64,000 nt of DNA from an uncultured Candidatus Saccharibacteria bacterium (GCA_964577595.1 CAZNZK010000001.1:208144-272143); one strand, 5' to 3'. Numbered from the stretch's first letter, positions 18,061 to 27,895 are shown. Numbers and translations: made by a program. The notes: generated by a model not told the origin, from the sequence alone.

Positions 18061-18213
18061 CTATTGAATAGGATTTTTGCCCTGAATGAGCCTGATGAGA
18101 ATGAGAATAATAGCCAATACCAAAAGAATATGGATGAAACCGCCCAGGGTATAGGAGCTAATTAAACCAACGAGCCAAAGCACAAAAAGAATTACGGCGA
18201 TGGTAATAAGCAT
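18061..18213 (-). CDS. lmo0937-family small membrane protein (50 aa)
   Basis: Manual translation: MLITIAVILFVLWLVGLISSYTLGGFIHILLVLAIILILIRLIQGKNPIQ. Confidence 0.85.
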   Translation of the reverse strand: MLITIAVILFVLWLVGLISSYTLGGFIHILLVLAIILILIRLIQGKNPIQ

Positions 18214-18319
18214 AGTATGAAGGGTTAGTTGTTAATACTATGTTCAATGATGCCACGAGAGTTGATTGCTTACAAGTCCTACTATGCTATACTTTGCTGG
18301 CGCTTTGTCCTAGTGCAAT

Positions 18320-19831
18320 ATGTCATTAATTCGCAAAGCTAAAAAGCTCCGTGTGCTCTTTGTTGCCCCTGAGGCAGCCCCCTTCATTAAAGTAGGGGGT
18401 CTCGGAGAGGTTTTTCGTGCCCTGCCAAAATCATTGCGGGCGCTCGGTTGTGATGCTCGCGTTATTATCCCCCGCTATGCCGCCATTCCGGCTGAAAAAT
18501 TTCCAATGGACGTGCTTATCGCCGGCTTGAGCGTCTCAAGCGGCCCAGCCGGTAAGGAAATAATTTGCAATATTAAACAGCACATCGACGCCGACGGTAC
18601 CCCCACCTATTTTTTAGAAAATCAAGAATATTACGAACAGCGTGGCAGTGTCTATGGTTACGATGATGACGCCGCCCGCTGGGCGCTTCTGGCTCGAGGC
18701 ACACTAGAATTTGTACGTCGCAATGAAGACTGGCGACCCGATGTTATTGTGGGTGCCGACTGGCAAGGTGGTCTTTTGCCCGACCTCATAAAAACAACTT
18801 ACAAGGACGATCCTGTCCTTTCAAAAATCGCTACGGTCTTTTCCATTCACAATCTTTACTTCCAAGGAATGTTCAACCACCGCTTTGTGAACGATATGGA
18901 TTTTGACGACGGTAAATCCCCTATTCCTGATATCACCGATCCAAATCTCCTTAAAAAAACCAACTTCATGCGCCGCGGTATCCGCTATGCTGATGCTATC
19001 AATACCGTTTCGCCCACCTACGCCAAGGAAATTACCACCCCCGACTACGGCGAGCTTATGGACAACATCCTCTCCGAACGCCGCTCGCGCCTTTTCGGTA
19101 TTTTAAACGGCATTGACTACAATTATTGTAATCCACAAACAAATCCCAACGTCGTCCATAAATACAGCGCCAAAGATTTGAGCAATCGCGCAAAAAATAA
19201 AGCCGTTCTTCAGGAAAAATTCAACTTGGAGAAGGACCCGACCATGCCTGTTATCGGCATCGTTTCGCGTCTTAATGACCAAAAGGGCTTTGATCTCTTG
19301 GTGGATATGCTTGAGCCGCTCCTGGCCAATTGCCGCTTCCAACTGGTGGTGGTTGGCACAGGCGAAAGTAAATTCCTTTCGTTCTTCACTGAAATAGATA
19401 AAAAATATCCTCAGGTAGCTACTCATCTCTCTTTTGACGCCGATTTGCCCCACGTCGTATATGCTGGCGCCGACATTATTTTGATCCCGTCAAAATTTGA
19501 ACCGTGCGGCCTGACGCAAATGGAAGCGATGCGCTATGGCGCCCTACCCCTTGTGCGCAAAACCGGCGGCTTAGCCGACAGCGTAGAAAATTACAACCCC
19601 GCTACACAAACAGGCACCGGCTTCGTCTTTGAAAAATTTGATAAATATGAATTTTTTGTGGCTATTGTCCGCGCCTTGGAAAACTACAAATATCCGGGAG
19701 CCTGGGAAAAAACCCAAAAACGCGCCATGTCACAGAATTTTTCTTGGGACGAATCAGCTCAAAAATATTTTGATCTATTCAAGAAAGCTATTGGTTTTAA
19801 ACAGGAAGTAAAGCAGGAAGACAACCAATAA
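18320..19831 (+). CDS. glgA: Glycogen/starch synthase (GT5)
   Basis: E.APFIKVGGLG, DWQ, SIHNL.FQG, TVSPTYAKEI, GILNGID, PSKFEPCGLTQM.AMRYG, TGGLADSV. Confidence 0.93.
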   Translation: MSLIRKAKKLRVLFVAPEAAPFIKVGGLGEVFRALPKSLRALGCDARVIIPRYAAIPAEKFPMDVLIAGLSVSSGPAGKEIICNIKQHIDADGTPTYFLENQEYYEQRGSVYGYDDDAARWALLARGTLEFVRRNEDWRPDVIVGADWQGGLLPDLIKTTYKDDPVLSKIATVFSIHNLYFQGMFNHRFVNDMDFDDGKSPIPDITDPNLLKKTNFMRRGIRYADAINTVSPTYAKEITTPDYGELMDNILSERRSRLFGILNGIDYNYCNPQTNPNVVHKYSAKDLSNRAKNKAVLQEKFNLEKDPTMPVIGIVSRLNDQKGFDLLVDMLEPLLANCRFQLVVVGTGESKFLSFFTEIDKKYPQVATHLSFDADLPHVVYAGADIILIPSKFEPCGLTQMEAMRYGALPLVRKTGGLADSVENYNPATQTGTGFVFEKFDKYEFFVAIVRALENYKYPGAWEKTQKRAMSQNFSWDESAQKYFDLFKKAIGFKQEVKQEDNQ

Positions 19832-19835
19832 AAAA

Positions 19836-21332
19836 ATGCGCTGGGCAAACTTTTTACACCTCTACCAGCCCGCGGATCAACAGCCAGACATCCTAGAAGC
19901 GGTAGTTGTGCAATCCTACAGACCCCTCCTTCAACACATACAAGAAAATAAAAACGTCCGATTAACCTTGAACGTGACCGGCGCACTCTTGGAGCTTTTT
20001 GATAAATATGGTTACCGCGATCTCATTGAAATATTGCGAGAAGTGGGTAGGGAGGGGCGCGTAGAATTTACTGGTTCGGCAAAATACCACGCTCTACTCC
20101 CCTTCCTGGAAGAATCTGAAATTATTCGACAAATAAAAATAAACGACGAAACAATGCGCTTTTTTCTTGAGGATGCCTACATGCCAGTGGGCTTTTTTCC
20201 GCCGGAAATGGCATACAAAGAAGCACTCGCGCCAATTGTGGAAAAACTCGGCTTCAAGTGGATTATTTTAGACGAAATCGCCTTTAACGGACATGCTCAG
20301 GGGGTTGATTATACAAAACTCTATAAAATCACCGGTTCAAATTTGCACGTTTTTTTCCGCGAACGCAGGACGAGCAACCTTATCATGAGTGCAATGGTTC
20401 GCTCAGCCGATTCACTTCGGGAAACAATGAAGGCAGATCTGACGAGCGACCGCTATCTTATTACCGCCATGGATGGCGAAACATTTGGCCACCACCGACC
20501 GGGTCTTGAAAAGATGTTATTTGAGATTTTTTCTGCTCCCGACTTTAACTTTGTAACCATCTCTGATCTTTTAAAACACTATGCGGGCACAGAGGTTGGA
20601 GTTGCACCCATCCAATCAACATGGGCGTCAAGTCCACTGGATATTGAACGTAATGTTCAGTTTTTATCATGGCACGACCCTGTAAATATTATCCATGGCT
20701 GGCAATGGGAACTTTTATACTTAGCCCTCGCAGAAGTCCACACACTTCCACAAAATACTCCGGGCTACAACGAAATTCGAAAGAAATTAGACGTAGCCCT
20801 CGCAAGCGACCATCTTTGGTGGGCATCAGCCAAACCGTGGTGGAGTATTGAGATGATTGAAGATGGTGCCTTTCGACTCCTGGATACTCTCCGTTCAATT
20901 CCAGGCATAACCTCTGATAAAATCGCCTCGGCGAGCAATTTGTACGAACATATTGTTTCTACTGCCTTTCAATGGAAACGCTCCGGCAAAATTTATCAAA
21001 TGATGCAGGAGCAGGATTCGCGGATACGTATACCTTTCAAAGACCGAACGGTGGGTCAAGGCGGTGCTGAAGAGGGGGTCTATCACGCATTCATGGATAT
21101 GCTGAGCGATGTGGAAAAAAAAGCGGTTACAAAAAGAGAGTATGAAAAAGCTATTCTTTGGCGAGACGCTCGTTACAAACTTGAAAACAAGCTTGATATT
21201 TACGATACAGTAGCGGCTATTGATCTATTGCGGCTAGAAATCCCCAACGTTGATGTCGAGAAAATTATTGAACAATATAAAGAAAAATACCGCCACCTGC
21301 GCGGTGGCCAGCCTGAGCAGCGCGGCGCTTAA
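19836..21332 (+). CDS. Glycoside hydrolase family 57 protein
   Basis: LHLYQP, YHALLP, GFFPPEMAY, WIILDE, AMDGETFGHH, ASD..WW. Confidence 0.88.
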   Translation: MRWANFLHLYQPADQQPDILEAVVVQSYRPLLQHIQENKNVRLTLNVTGALLELFDKYGYRDLIEILREVGREGRVEFTGSAKYHALLPFLEESEIIRQIKINDETMRFFLEDAYMPVGFFPPEMAYKEALAPIVEKLGFKWIILDEIAFNGHAQGVDYTKLYKITGSNLHVFFRERRTSNLIMSAMVRSADSLRETMKADLTSDRYLITAMDGETFGHHRPGLEKMLFEIFSAPDFNFVTISDLLKHYAGTEVGVAPIQSTWASSPLDIERNVQFLSWHDPVNIIHGWQWELLYLALAEVHTLPQNTPGYNEIRKKLDVALASDHLWWASAKPWWSIEMIEDGAFRLLDTLRSIPGITSDKIASASNLYEHIVSTAFQWKRSGKIYQMMQEQDSRIRIPFKDRTVGQGGAEEGVYHAFMDMLSDVEKKAVTKREYEKAILWRDARYKLENKLDIYDTVAAIDLLRLEIPNVDVEKIIEQYKEKYRHLRGGQPEQRGA

Positions 21333-21335
21333 AAA

Positions 21336-22286
21336 TTAGGATTTAAACAACGCCAAGAATTTGAGCGGGTCAATAGAAACGCCGGCAATTTTAATGGAAA
21401 GATGGAGGTGTGGCCCTTCGGAGTAGCCAGTTTCGCCGGAAAGGCCGAGAAGTTGGCCGCGTTGTACCACCTGCCCCGGCTTCACGTCTATTTCAGAAAG
21501 ATGCATATAGAGCGACTGCACGCCCACACCGTGATCAAGCACTATAGTATTGCCATACGCCGTGAATGGTTCGGCGATTTTCACGATACCACGATTGATT
21601 GCATATACCGGAGTACCGGGAGCAGCGGCAAAGTCGGTACCTTCGTGCGTAATGGCCACCGCCCCACTGTCGCGCGTAATGCCAAATTTGTCGGTGACGG
21701 TTGGTGAAGCAACGGGAAAACGGAACGGCTCGCTCCAGAGCGCGGTGCTTGTTGACGTGACAGCTTTCAGTGTCGCATTTTCCTGACTAAGAACTGAAAC
21801 TAAATTTTCTTGATTAGCCACGCTATTACCACCTAGTTGAGCTGGCACGGGTAAATATTCCTGCGGTCGTGGACGCGTTGAAATTTGAAAATCAACAGAA
21901 AGCGTGACACCGACCCGAAGCGTAACCGTGATTGTAGAGGTTCCTGGCATTTGCGAAAGAGGCACGCCATAAAAGGCCACCAGACGGCCATCATAAGGAG
22001 CAAAATGGAGCGGCGTGGCACTTCGGCCCTGCCACAAAACAGCACCGCGAATAGCCGCTGGCGTACTCGTGCCAAAAAGAATGAATTCTACCGGCTCACC
22101 CTGTAGAATCTTTCCTGCCGCGGGTGCAAAAGAAAGAGAGAGGGGCGTCGGTACTAAACTTCGGGTTATAAAAAACCCAAAAATAATTCCCAGTACCAAA
22201 CCCCCGAGCAAGCCGAGGGTGATGAGCTGATTTTTAAAAGTATCCGGCGCTGGCGGTGGATTTTTTTTCTTGTGGCGCTTACTCAC
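21336..22286 (-). CDS. M23 family metallopeptidase, membrane-anchored
   Basis: HEGTDF, YGN.IVLDHG, YMHLS, GPHLH. Confidence 0.93.
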   Translation of the reverse strand: MSKRHKKKNPPPAPDTFKNQLITLGLLGGLVLGIIFGFFITRSLVPTPLSLSFAPAAGKILQGEPVEFILFGTSTPAAIRGAVLWQGRSATPLHFAPYDGRLVAFYGVPLSQMPGTSTITVTLRVGVTLSVDFQISTRPRPQEYLPVPAQLGGNSVANQENLVSVLSQENATLKAVTSTSTALWSEPFRFPVASPTVTDKFGITRDSGAVAITHEGTDFAAAPGTPVYAINRGIVKIAEPFTAYGNTIVLDHGVGVQSLYMHLSEIDVKPGQVVQRGQLLGLSGETGYSEGPHLHLSIKIAGVSIDPLKFLALFKS

Positions 22287-22325
22287 ACCTATAGTATACG
22301 CTATTGGATTTTTGCCTTTGTGTAT

Positions 22326-22367
22326 AAAAAAGCCCGCGGCCTGTGCAATTGCGACAGACCACGGGCA
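22326..22367 (-). terminator. Intrinsic terminator
   Basis: A-tract plus GCCCGCGG...CCACGGGC stem downstream of the 22406 stop. Confidence 0.5.
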
Positions 22368-22405
22368 GGTGTGGAGACAAAGAAAGGACTAGAATTGACG
22401 GGGAG

Positions 22406-23185
22406 TTACGCGACGACGGCGTGCCGACACTTGCGGAAGGCGCCGTAAGCACCTAGGCCCACCAACATAGAGATGCCGCTCCACACAGACGCAGGAAGCG
22501 GTGTGGGGCTACCCGTGCCGACGACGACCGTCATGTTGTCGGAGGCGAGGAGTGAATCGGCGTTCTGGTTGGCGCCGCGAAAGACATCCAACTGGAAAGT
22601 GTAGGTGTTATTGGCGTTCATGTCGTAAAACGACGCGAGCGGAAAGTCACCGAAGTTGGGATTTTCCGACTGCTGAACACCCCACTGCCCCGCACTCTCA
22701 GGCGTCGTCTTGCCGGCACTTCCCCAGCCCGAATCGTCGCCCCAGTAGGTAAGCGGGTTAATCGTCACCGTGTTGCCACCGATGTCGGTAATGGTCAGGG
22801 CGGCGCTAATGTCGGCCAACGTCAGCAAACCAACGCCACTCGGCTGGAGGTCAATGGAAAACTCATAATTCCACGCCGCCCGATTGGCAGCCGACGGCCC
22901 GCCGGAAGTGACCGCAGTTTCGGCGCCGGTAACCACATTGTAGGTACTGGTCGGCGAATCAATGACCGCCGGATTCTGCCGGTACTTGGCCCGCAAACCG
23001 AGCTCAATACCGCCGTTGTTGACGACGGTGAATCCGCCATTCGGATTTCCACTGCCGTCATACCAGCCGGGGTCAGCCGAACTGGTCGGCGATGCCAAAC
23101 TCGCGTCGTAGACCGTCGCCGCAAAGAGGGGCGAAGCGCCCAAGACAAACGCGGCCAAGATACCAAAACCGAGGTGCAGCTTCAT
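22406..23185 (-). CDS. Secreted protein with VPLPA/PEP-CTERM-like C-terminal sorting signal
   Basis: Signal peptide; C-terminus TPLPASVWSGISMLVGLGAYGAFRKCR (motif, TM, basic cluster); GGAGG SD. Confidence 0.75.
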   Translation of the reverse strand: MKLHLGFGILAAFVLGASPLFAATVYDASLASPTSSADPGWYDGSGNPNGGFTVVNNGGIELGLRAKYRQNPAVIDSPTSTYNVVTGAETAVTSGGPSAANRAAWNYEFSIDLQPSGVGLLTLADISAALTITDIGGNTVTINPLTYWGDDSGWGSAGKTTPESAGQWGVQQSENPNFGDFPLASFYDMNANNTYTFQLDVFRGANQNADSLLASDNMTVVVGTGSPTPLPASVWSGISMLVGLGAYGAFRKCRHAVVA

Positions 23186-23328
23186 AAGAAGCCTCCAAAA
23201 AAAAAGAATCCCACAGATGTGCATCGAAACGCTCGACCCACAATCATGTATTGAAGAACAAAAACCCCATAGGGAGTAATGCTGTCACAATATATAACAC
23301 CTTTTCAAAATTCGGTCAATCCCCGCTT

Positions 23329-23916
23329 CTAGTATAGAAAAGGTATGAGGCGTTTAGTTCTTTTAAGATACGCCGGATACTGCTCTGGGAATTGAGAGAG
23401 CATTAATTGTTCTTCAATGTGGGCGCTAAACACAAAATAGACCGCACTACCCAGAACTACCAAAAACCACACCGTACTTGAGGAAAAGGCCGAGCCAAGG
23501 GCCGCCAGCAAGATACCCGAATAGATAGGATGCCGGATAAAACGATATGGACCGCTCGTCACAAGCTCGGGCTCTTGCCGCACTGTCATGGGCATGCCCC
23601 AGTTGCGACCAAGGTGCACTCGCGCCCAAATAGCCAAGCCGAGGCCCGCCGCGCAAAGCAGAACACCAAGAACGTTGAGTGTTGGCCCGAAGACAACCGC
23701 GCTCGAGCTATCAAAAAAATGTCTAACGGACTGAAACTGCAGAATAAAAATGATAATCACCATAATCAATAACCGGGGGATCCAGAAACTGCGCAATCGG
23801 CTATAACCCTTTACGCTCTTTTTTGCTTGGAGCGCCGAAACAAACCAATAGATGATAAAAAGGAGCCAAAAAATGACAATTATTTGGGTAAGAATTTGCG
23901 TGAGCATGGTGGTCAT
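23329..23916 (-). CDS. Isoprenylcysteine carboxylmethyltransferase (Ste14/ICMT) family protein
   Basis: WAR.HLGRNW, LVTSGPYRFIRHPIYSG, EE..M...F...Y..Y. Confidence 0.9.
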   Translation of the reverse strand: MTTMLTQILTQIIVIFWLLFIIYWFVSALQAKKSVKGYSRLRSFWIPRLLIMVIIIFILQFQSVRHFFDSSSAVVFGPTLNVLGVLLCAAGLGLAIWARVHLGRNWGMPMTVRQEPELVTSGPYRFIRHPIYSGILLAALGSAFSSSTVWFLVVLGSAVYFVFSAHIEEQLMLSQFPEQYPAYLKRTKRLIPFLY

Positions 23917-23919
23917 GTG

Positions 23920-24558
23920 TTAAAGGCTAAAATCATGGCTTTCTCCCGCTTTCATGCCCGTAAAAGTAATGCCGTGCTCGCTGAAAATCTTTGGCAAAAT
24001 GGTATTCACAAGAGTAGAACTATTCATAGCATCATGCACTGGAAAGGCCTGTTTTGGCTTCACTGCTAATGCGTAACGGATGGCATCAGGAATTTTACAC
24101 CACGGCCCGGCCACCGGCAAAGCCAAAATCTCCACCACTACGCCCGGCTGATGAAAAGAATCCCCTGGAAAAAAGAGCGCCCCATCAATGAGATAGCCCG
24201 TGTTTTGCACCTGGCCAATTTCTTCAAAAATCTCCTCATGCCTACCGTCAAAAGCGGCAAAAGCCACACCCGTAACATCTAGCGTGCTAGCACCCTCAAG
24301 AACCGTGTAGGAGATTTTCAACGCGTCTAGCTTTTTACCTACACCGGAATTAGTAATAACAATCGCCTTGGGATTGTGCGTAAGAACTTCCTGTACCGAC
24401 TCAGTGTGGAAGTGGTCGCCATGTTCATGGGTAATGAGCACCACATCAATACCCGTGAGCGTGTTTTGCTCGGTGGAATAGGAGCCGGGATCCGTTAAAA
24501 TAGTCAGCCCGCTGGTTTTGATAAGGAGGCAACAATGGCCGATTTTTTTAATGGTCAT
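23920..24558 (-). CDS. MBL-fold metallo-hydrolase
   Basis: GHCCLL, DPG, ITHEHGDH, FPGDS, PVHD. Confidence 0.9.
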   Translation of the reverse strand: MTIKKIGHCCLLIKTSGLTILTDPGSYSTEQNTLTGIDVVLITHEHGDHFHTESVQEVLTHNPKAIVITNSGVGKKLDALKISYTVLEGASTLDVTGVAFAAFDGRHEEIFEEIGQVQNTGYLIDGALFFPGDSFHQPGVVVEILALPVAGPWCKIPDAIRYALAVKPKQAFPVHDAMNSSTLVNTILPKIFSEHGITFTGMKAGESHDFSL

Positions 24559-24659
24559 ATGACAATAATAACACGAGGGGAGGACGAATGGTTACAATAA
24601 ACCATGAAAAAATCCCCTTGGCATTAAAACCGCGGAGACTTTTTCCAAAATGGCGAGTA

Positions 24660-24872
24660 TTACATCTGTGAACCCTTCGGCTTCATGGCCGCGGCCACAA
24701 TCAAATAGAGGGCACTCAAACCAACAAGCCCGTACACGATTGCTGAAATCATGGAACCAACACCAAAAATTGAATCAACCACATTATAGCCAACCGAGAC
24801 CAAACCCCAGTTCAAGCCGCCGATGATGACGAGGATGAACGCAATCCAACCCAACGTGCTCATTTGCTTCAT
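24660..24872 (-). CDS. DUF378 family membrane protein
   Basis: LVIIGGLNWGL...NVV..IFG...IVY.LVGLSALY. Confidence 0.9.
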   Translation of the reverse strand: MKQMSTLGWIAFILVIIGGLNWGLVSVGYNVVDSIFGVGSMISAIVYGLVGLSALYLIVAAAMKPKGSQM

Positions 24873-25027
24873 AGTGATGAGATATTAGAAATAATGCCTG
24901 ACTGTTTAATTATACCGCTTCCACAGTGATGTAAAAGCGACCTGTGTATAACTCAATTTTAAGAAAAAGCCCCGCGCCTTATAAAAAGAAACGGGGCGGA
25001 CTATAAAAACAATTGACCAAAGCACGA

Positions 25028-25594
25028 TCAGGTGGCAGCGAAATTGATGATGGACACAATAGAAGTACGGTCTAGACGCAGTTCGTGTACAGTCGAAACA
25101 TTTAAAACACAAATGATGGCGGCACAACGGTCACCCTGTTCGGTCAACAAACTCACGAACTCCTTCAAAGGGAGAATGTCTTCGGGGCGTAAAACGTCCT
25201 TAATCATTGCCCACCCTCGACCATCCCCTCGGGCGGAAAACTTAGGATGCTTCAGCGTGAGCACCTCTTCCTGGCTCACCCGAGAAAGTACCCGGCATCC
25301 GCGTTCATAGAATGTCTCAAGAACGCGTGTGATGGGTGTGCTATTGCCGGGCAATGCGCAAAAACCAGCCAAGTTAGTACAACACGCAGCGTGGTTAATG
25401 AGCGTTGCGAGACCCCGAGCAACTTGCCCACAAAGATCGAGGTGATTCTCAAAAGGGCTGGGATTCCACGTAAACCCGGATTCGTGAGGTTGGTAGACAC
25501 TAAACCACGTGAGCAAATCCAAACCGGTAGAATACTTAGGCTGTCCATGTTGCTCCGGCACACAACAAAGTCCATCTTGTAGATGTGCGGTCAT
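25028..25594 (-). CDS. Hypothetical protein, possibly a degenerate type I phosphoribosyltransferase fold
   Basis: AAGGAG SD before ATG 25594. C-terminal GRGWAMIKDVL...EFVSLLTEQGDRCAAIICVLN resembles the PyrE/Apt layout without an intact PRPP motif. Confidence 0.45.
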   Translation of the reverse strand: MTAHLQDGLCCVPEQHGQPKYSTGLDLLTWFSVYQPHESGFTWNPSPFENHLDLCGQVARGLATLINHAACCTNLAGFCALPGNSTPITRVLETFYERGCRVLSRVSQEEVLTLKHPKFSARGDGRGWAMIKDVLRPEDILPLKEFVSLLTEQGDRCAAIICVLNVSTVHELRLDRTSIVSIINFAAT

Positions 25595-25800
25595 GTAAAC
25601 TCTCCTTTTGTTAAAAATCAATGTGCAAACACGAATCTCGACTTCCTGACCAACAATAGCGCGCGTGACAGAAGGAGTAAAGGCACAAAAGCCCCGCACA
25701 CATTGACTTTACTGTTAAAATGACCTACAATACAGGCAGGTGGCTTCTTTGCATGTTGCACGGAAGCGCATATAGGTAGGCCACTTTTGGAGAACACACA

Positions 25801-26058
25801 ATGCTCATCAACAAGAAAAACGAATGGGGAATGAAACTGATGTGGGCGCTCATTATTAGCCTGGCACTTCCCCTCCTCTACAAAACCATTGTTGTCGGGT
25901 GGGCGGAAACGCTGCTCGCCGTCCAGAGAGCGGAAAGTTATGCATTCTGGGCCGTACCAATTTTGTTCGCACTCATCATCACTAGTTATCACTGGGGTAC
26001 CTACGAAAAGGCCAGCGAGTTCTTCCGGGAAATCTGGAACGACTTCTTGGCAAAATAA
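25801..26058 (+). CDS. Small membrane hypothetical protein
   Basis: 85 aa with two hydrophobic segments, followed by a terminator. Confidence 0.5.
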   Translation: MLINKKNEWGMKLMWALIISLALPLLYKTIVVGWAETLLAVQRAESYAFWAVPILFALIITSYHWGTYEKASEFFREIWNDFLAK

Positions 26059-26081
26059 CGGCAACGTCGCCCCACACAAGC

Positions 26082-26114
26082 AAAACGCCGACCTCACGAG
26101 AGGCGGCGTTTTTT
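26082..26114. terminator. Bidirectional intrinsic terminator
   Basis: AAAACGCCG-acctcacgagagg-CGGCGTTTTTT between convergent genes. Confidence 0.65.
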
Positions 26115-26147
26115 CTTGCCTACGGTAATTAAGGTTGGACCCCTCAG

Positions 26148-26164
26148 TAACCGGTGCCTGACCC
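26148..26164. repeat. 17-bp REP-like repeat, copy 1
   Basis: TAACCGGTGCCTGACCC is the exact reverse complement of 27896-27912. Confidence 0.7.
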
Positions 26165-26379
26165 TAGTTGTCCGGCGTGGCGGCCCACGTTTTGTTGAAA
26201 TCGGCCTGCCATTTTTTCATCATTGGGTCATCTTTCGGCGCCTTTTTCACATCCGCGGCCATTTTAGGATGAGCCTTTTCCAAATGCTTCATACCCACGC
26301 TCATCATCTCCTCGGGAGTATTGGCTGAAAGCTTCGTGTCGCATCCCCCACCCATCTGTTTGCACGTAAGTGTTTTCAT
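26164..26379 (-). CDS. DUF1059-like small protein
   Basis: MKTLTCKQMGGGCD...ANT.EEM.....KH...AH. Confidence 0.75.
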   Translation of the reverse strand: MKTLTCKQMGGGCDTKLSANTPEEMMSVGMKHLEKAHPKMAADVKKAPKDDPMMKKWQADFNKTWAATPDN

Positions 26380-26436
26380 ATGTTTTTATGATTATTTTAT
26401 AAAGACCAAGACAATAGTATAGCGAACTCACACCGC

Positions 26437-26465
26437 TTGACGCAATTACCGTTCTTTGCTATAAT
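26437..26465 (+). promoter_or_regulatory. Sigma70 promoter of the DEAD-box helicase gene
   Basis: TTGACG-17 nt-TATAAT with TG extension. Confidence 0.75.
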
Positions 26466-26628
26466 CTACGGGTAACTTCATATCTCCAGTGTTTCGTTGC
26501 CTGAGCCCAGTCCTACAATAAGCGCTCAACAATCGTGGCGTAAGCCTTCCAAAACCCTCGAGAGGCAGCCACGATTTATTCTTAACGGCTTCAGGTTATA
26601 GGCCCCGTTTGTGGGCCTTATAAGCAGT

Positions 26629-27888
26629 ATGTATAACAACACTCCAGGCCGCTCATCCGGCTCGCATTCTTCGTTTAATAAACCAATATCGCGCGGGCCT
26701 TCTTTCGGCTCACGCGGTTCATATAACCCTCGTTTTAGCGGGGCGCCTAGCCGTGGTCGCTTCCCTGCTCGCCGTATCGCGCCTCGCATTGACGTCTCCC
26801 GCTACATTAATAAGAGCGCTGTGCCTGTGGCACCAACTGCACCCTATGTGCCCGAGCACGCCTTCGATGATTTTGCCATTACTGAAAAACTCAAGGCTAA
26901 TATTATAACTAAGGGCTACACCACCCCTACCCCCATCCAGGATAAATCCATTCCTGTGGTTTTGGCTGGCTCCGACATTGTTGGCATTGCCAACACGGGC
27001 ACCGGTAAAACTGCCGCCTTTTTGATTCCGCTTATTAATAAAGTACTGCTCAACCCACGTGAACTGGTGCTCATTGTGGTGCCGACCCGCGAGCTTGCTA
27101 TGCAAATTGACGAGGAGCTCAAAGGCTTTACCAAAGGCCTCGGCCTCCACTCTGTTGTTTGCGTCGGTGGAGCATCCATTACTATGCAATTGCGGGCGCT
27201 GCGCCTCTTCAATAACTTCGTTATTGGCACACCTGGCCGCATTAAGGACCTTATTGACCGTCGCGCCCTCAACTTGGCCGGTTTCAAAACCGCCGTTTTA
27301 GACGAAGCCGACCGCATGCTGGACATGGGCTTCGTCAACGACATGCGCCGTATGATGGGCCAAATGCCAAAGGAAAAACAAACCCTTTTCTTCTCTGCAA
27401 CTATGTCGCCGGAAGTTGAAGGACTTATCAAAGAATTCCTCCGCAACCCGGTGCGCATTTCCACCAAAACCGGCACCACCGCCAAAAACGTTGAGCAAGA
27501 CGTTGTTCGCGTTGCCCCCGGCCGCGACAAGCTTGATACTCTCCACGACCTTCTCAAAGGCCCCGGCTATGAGCGCGTTTTGATTTTCGGCCGCACCAAG
27601 CACGGTGTGGAACGCCTCTCCCGCACCCTCGTTGAGCGCGGCTTCCTCTCAGCTTCTATTCACGGCAATAAAAGCCAGCCTCAGCGCGAGCGCGCCCTGG
27701 CCGACTTCAAAAATAACCGCGCTAAAATCCTCGTCGCCACCGACGTTGCCGCTCGTGGCCTCGACATTAACGACATCACCCACGTCATCAACTACGACCT
27801 GCCTGCCACCCACGACGACTACATCCACCGCATCGGCCGCACCGGCCGCGGTAATAAGAAAGGCAAAGCCCTTACGTTCGTAGAGTAA
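26629..27888 (+). CDS. DEAD-box ATP-dependent RNA helicase (RhlE-like)
   Basis: PTPIQ, GTGKT, PTRELA, TPGR, DEADRMLDMGF, SAT, ARGLD, HRIGRTGR. Confidence 0.95.
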   Translation: MYNNTPGRSSGSHSSFNKPISRGPSFGSRGSYNPRFSGAPSRGRFPARRIAPRIDVSRYINKSAVPVAPTAPYVPEHAFDDFAITEKLKANIITKGYTTPTPIQDKSIPVVLAGSDIVGIANTGTGKTAAFLIPLINKVLLNPRELVLIVVPTRELAMQIDEELKGFTKGLGLHSVVCVGGASITMQLRALRLFNNFVIGTPGRIKDLIDRRALNLAGFKTAVLDEADRMLDMGFVNDMRRMMGQMPKEKQTLFFSATMSPEVEGLIKEFLRNPVRISTKTGTTAKNVEQDVVRVAPGRDKLDTLHDLLKGPGYERVLIFGRTKHGVERLSRTLVERGFLSASIHGNKSQPQRERALADFKNNRAKILVATDVAARGLDINDITHVINYDLPATHDDYIHRIGRTGRGNKKGKALTFVE

Positions 27889-27895
27889 TTAACCG

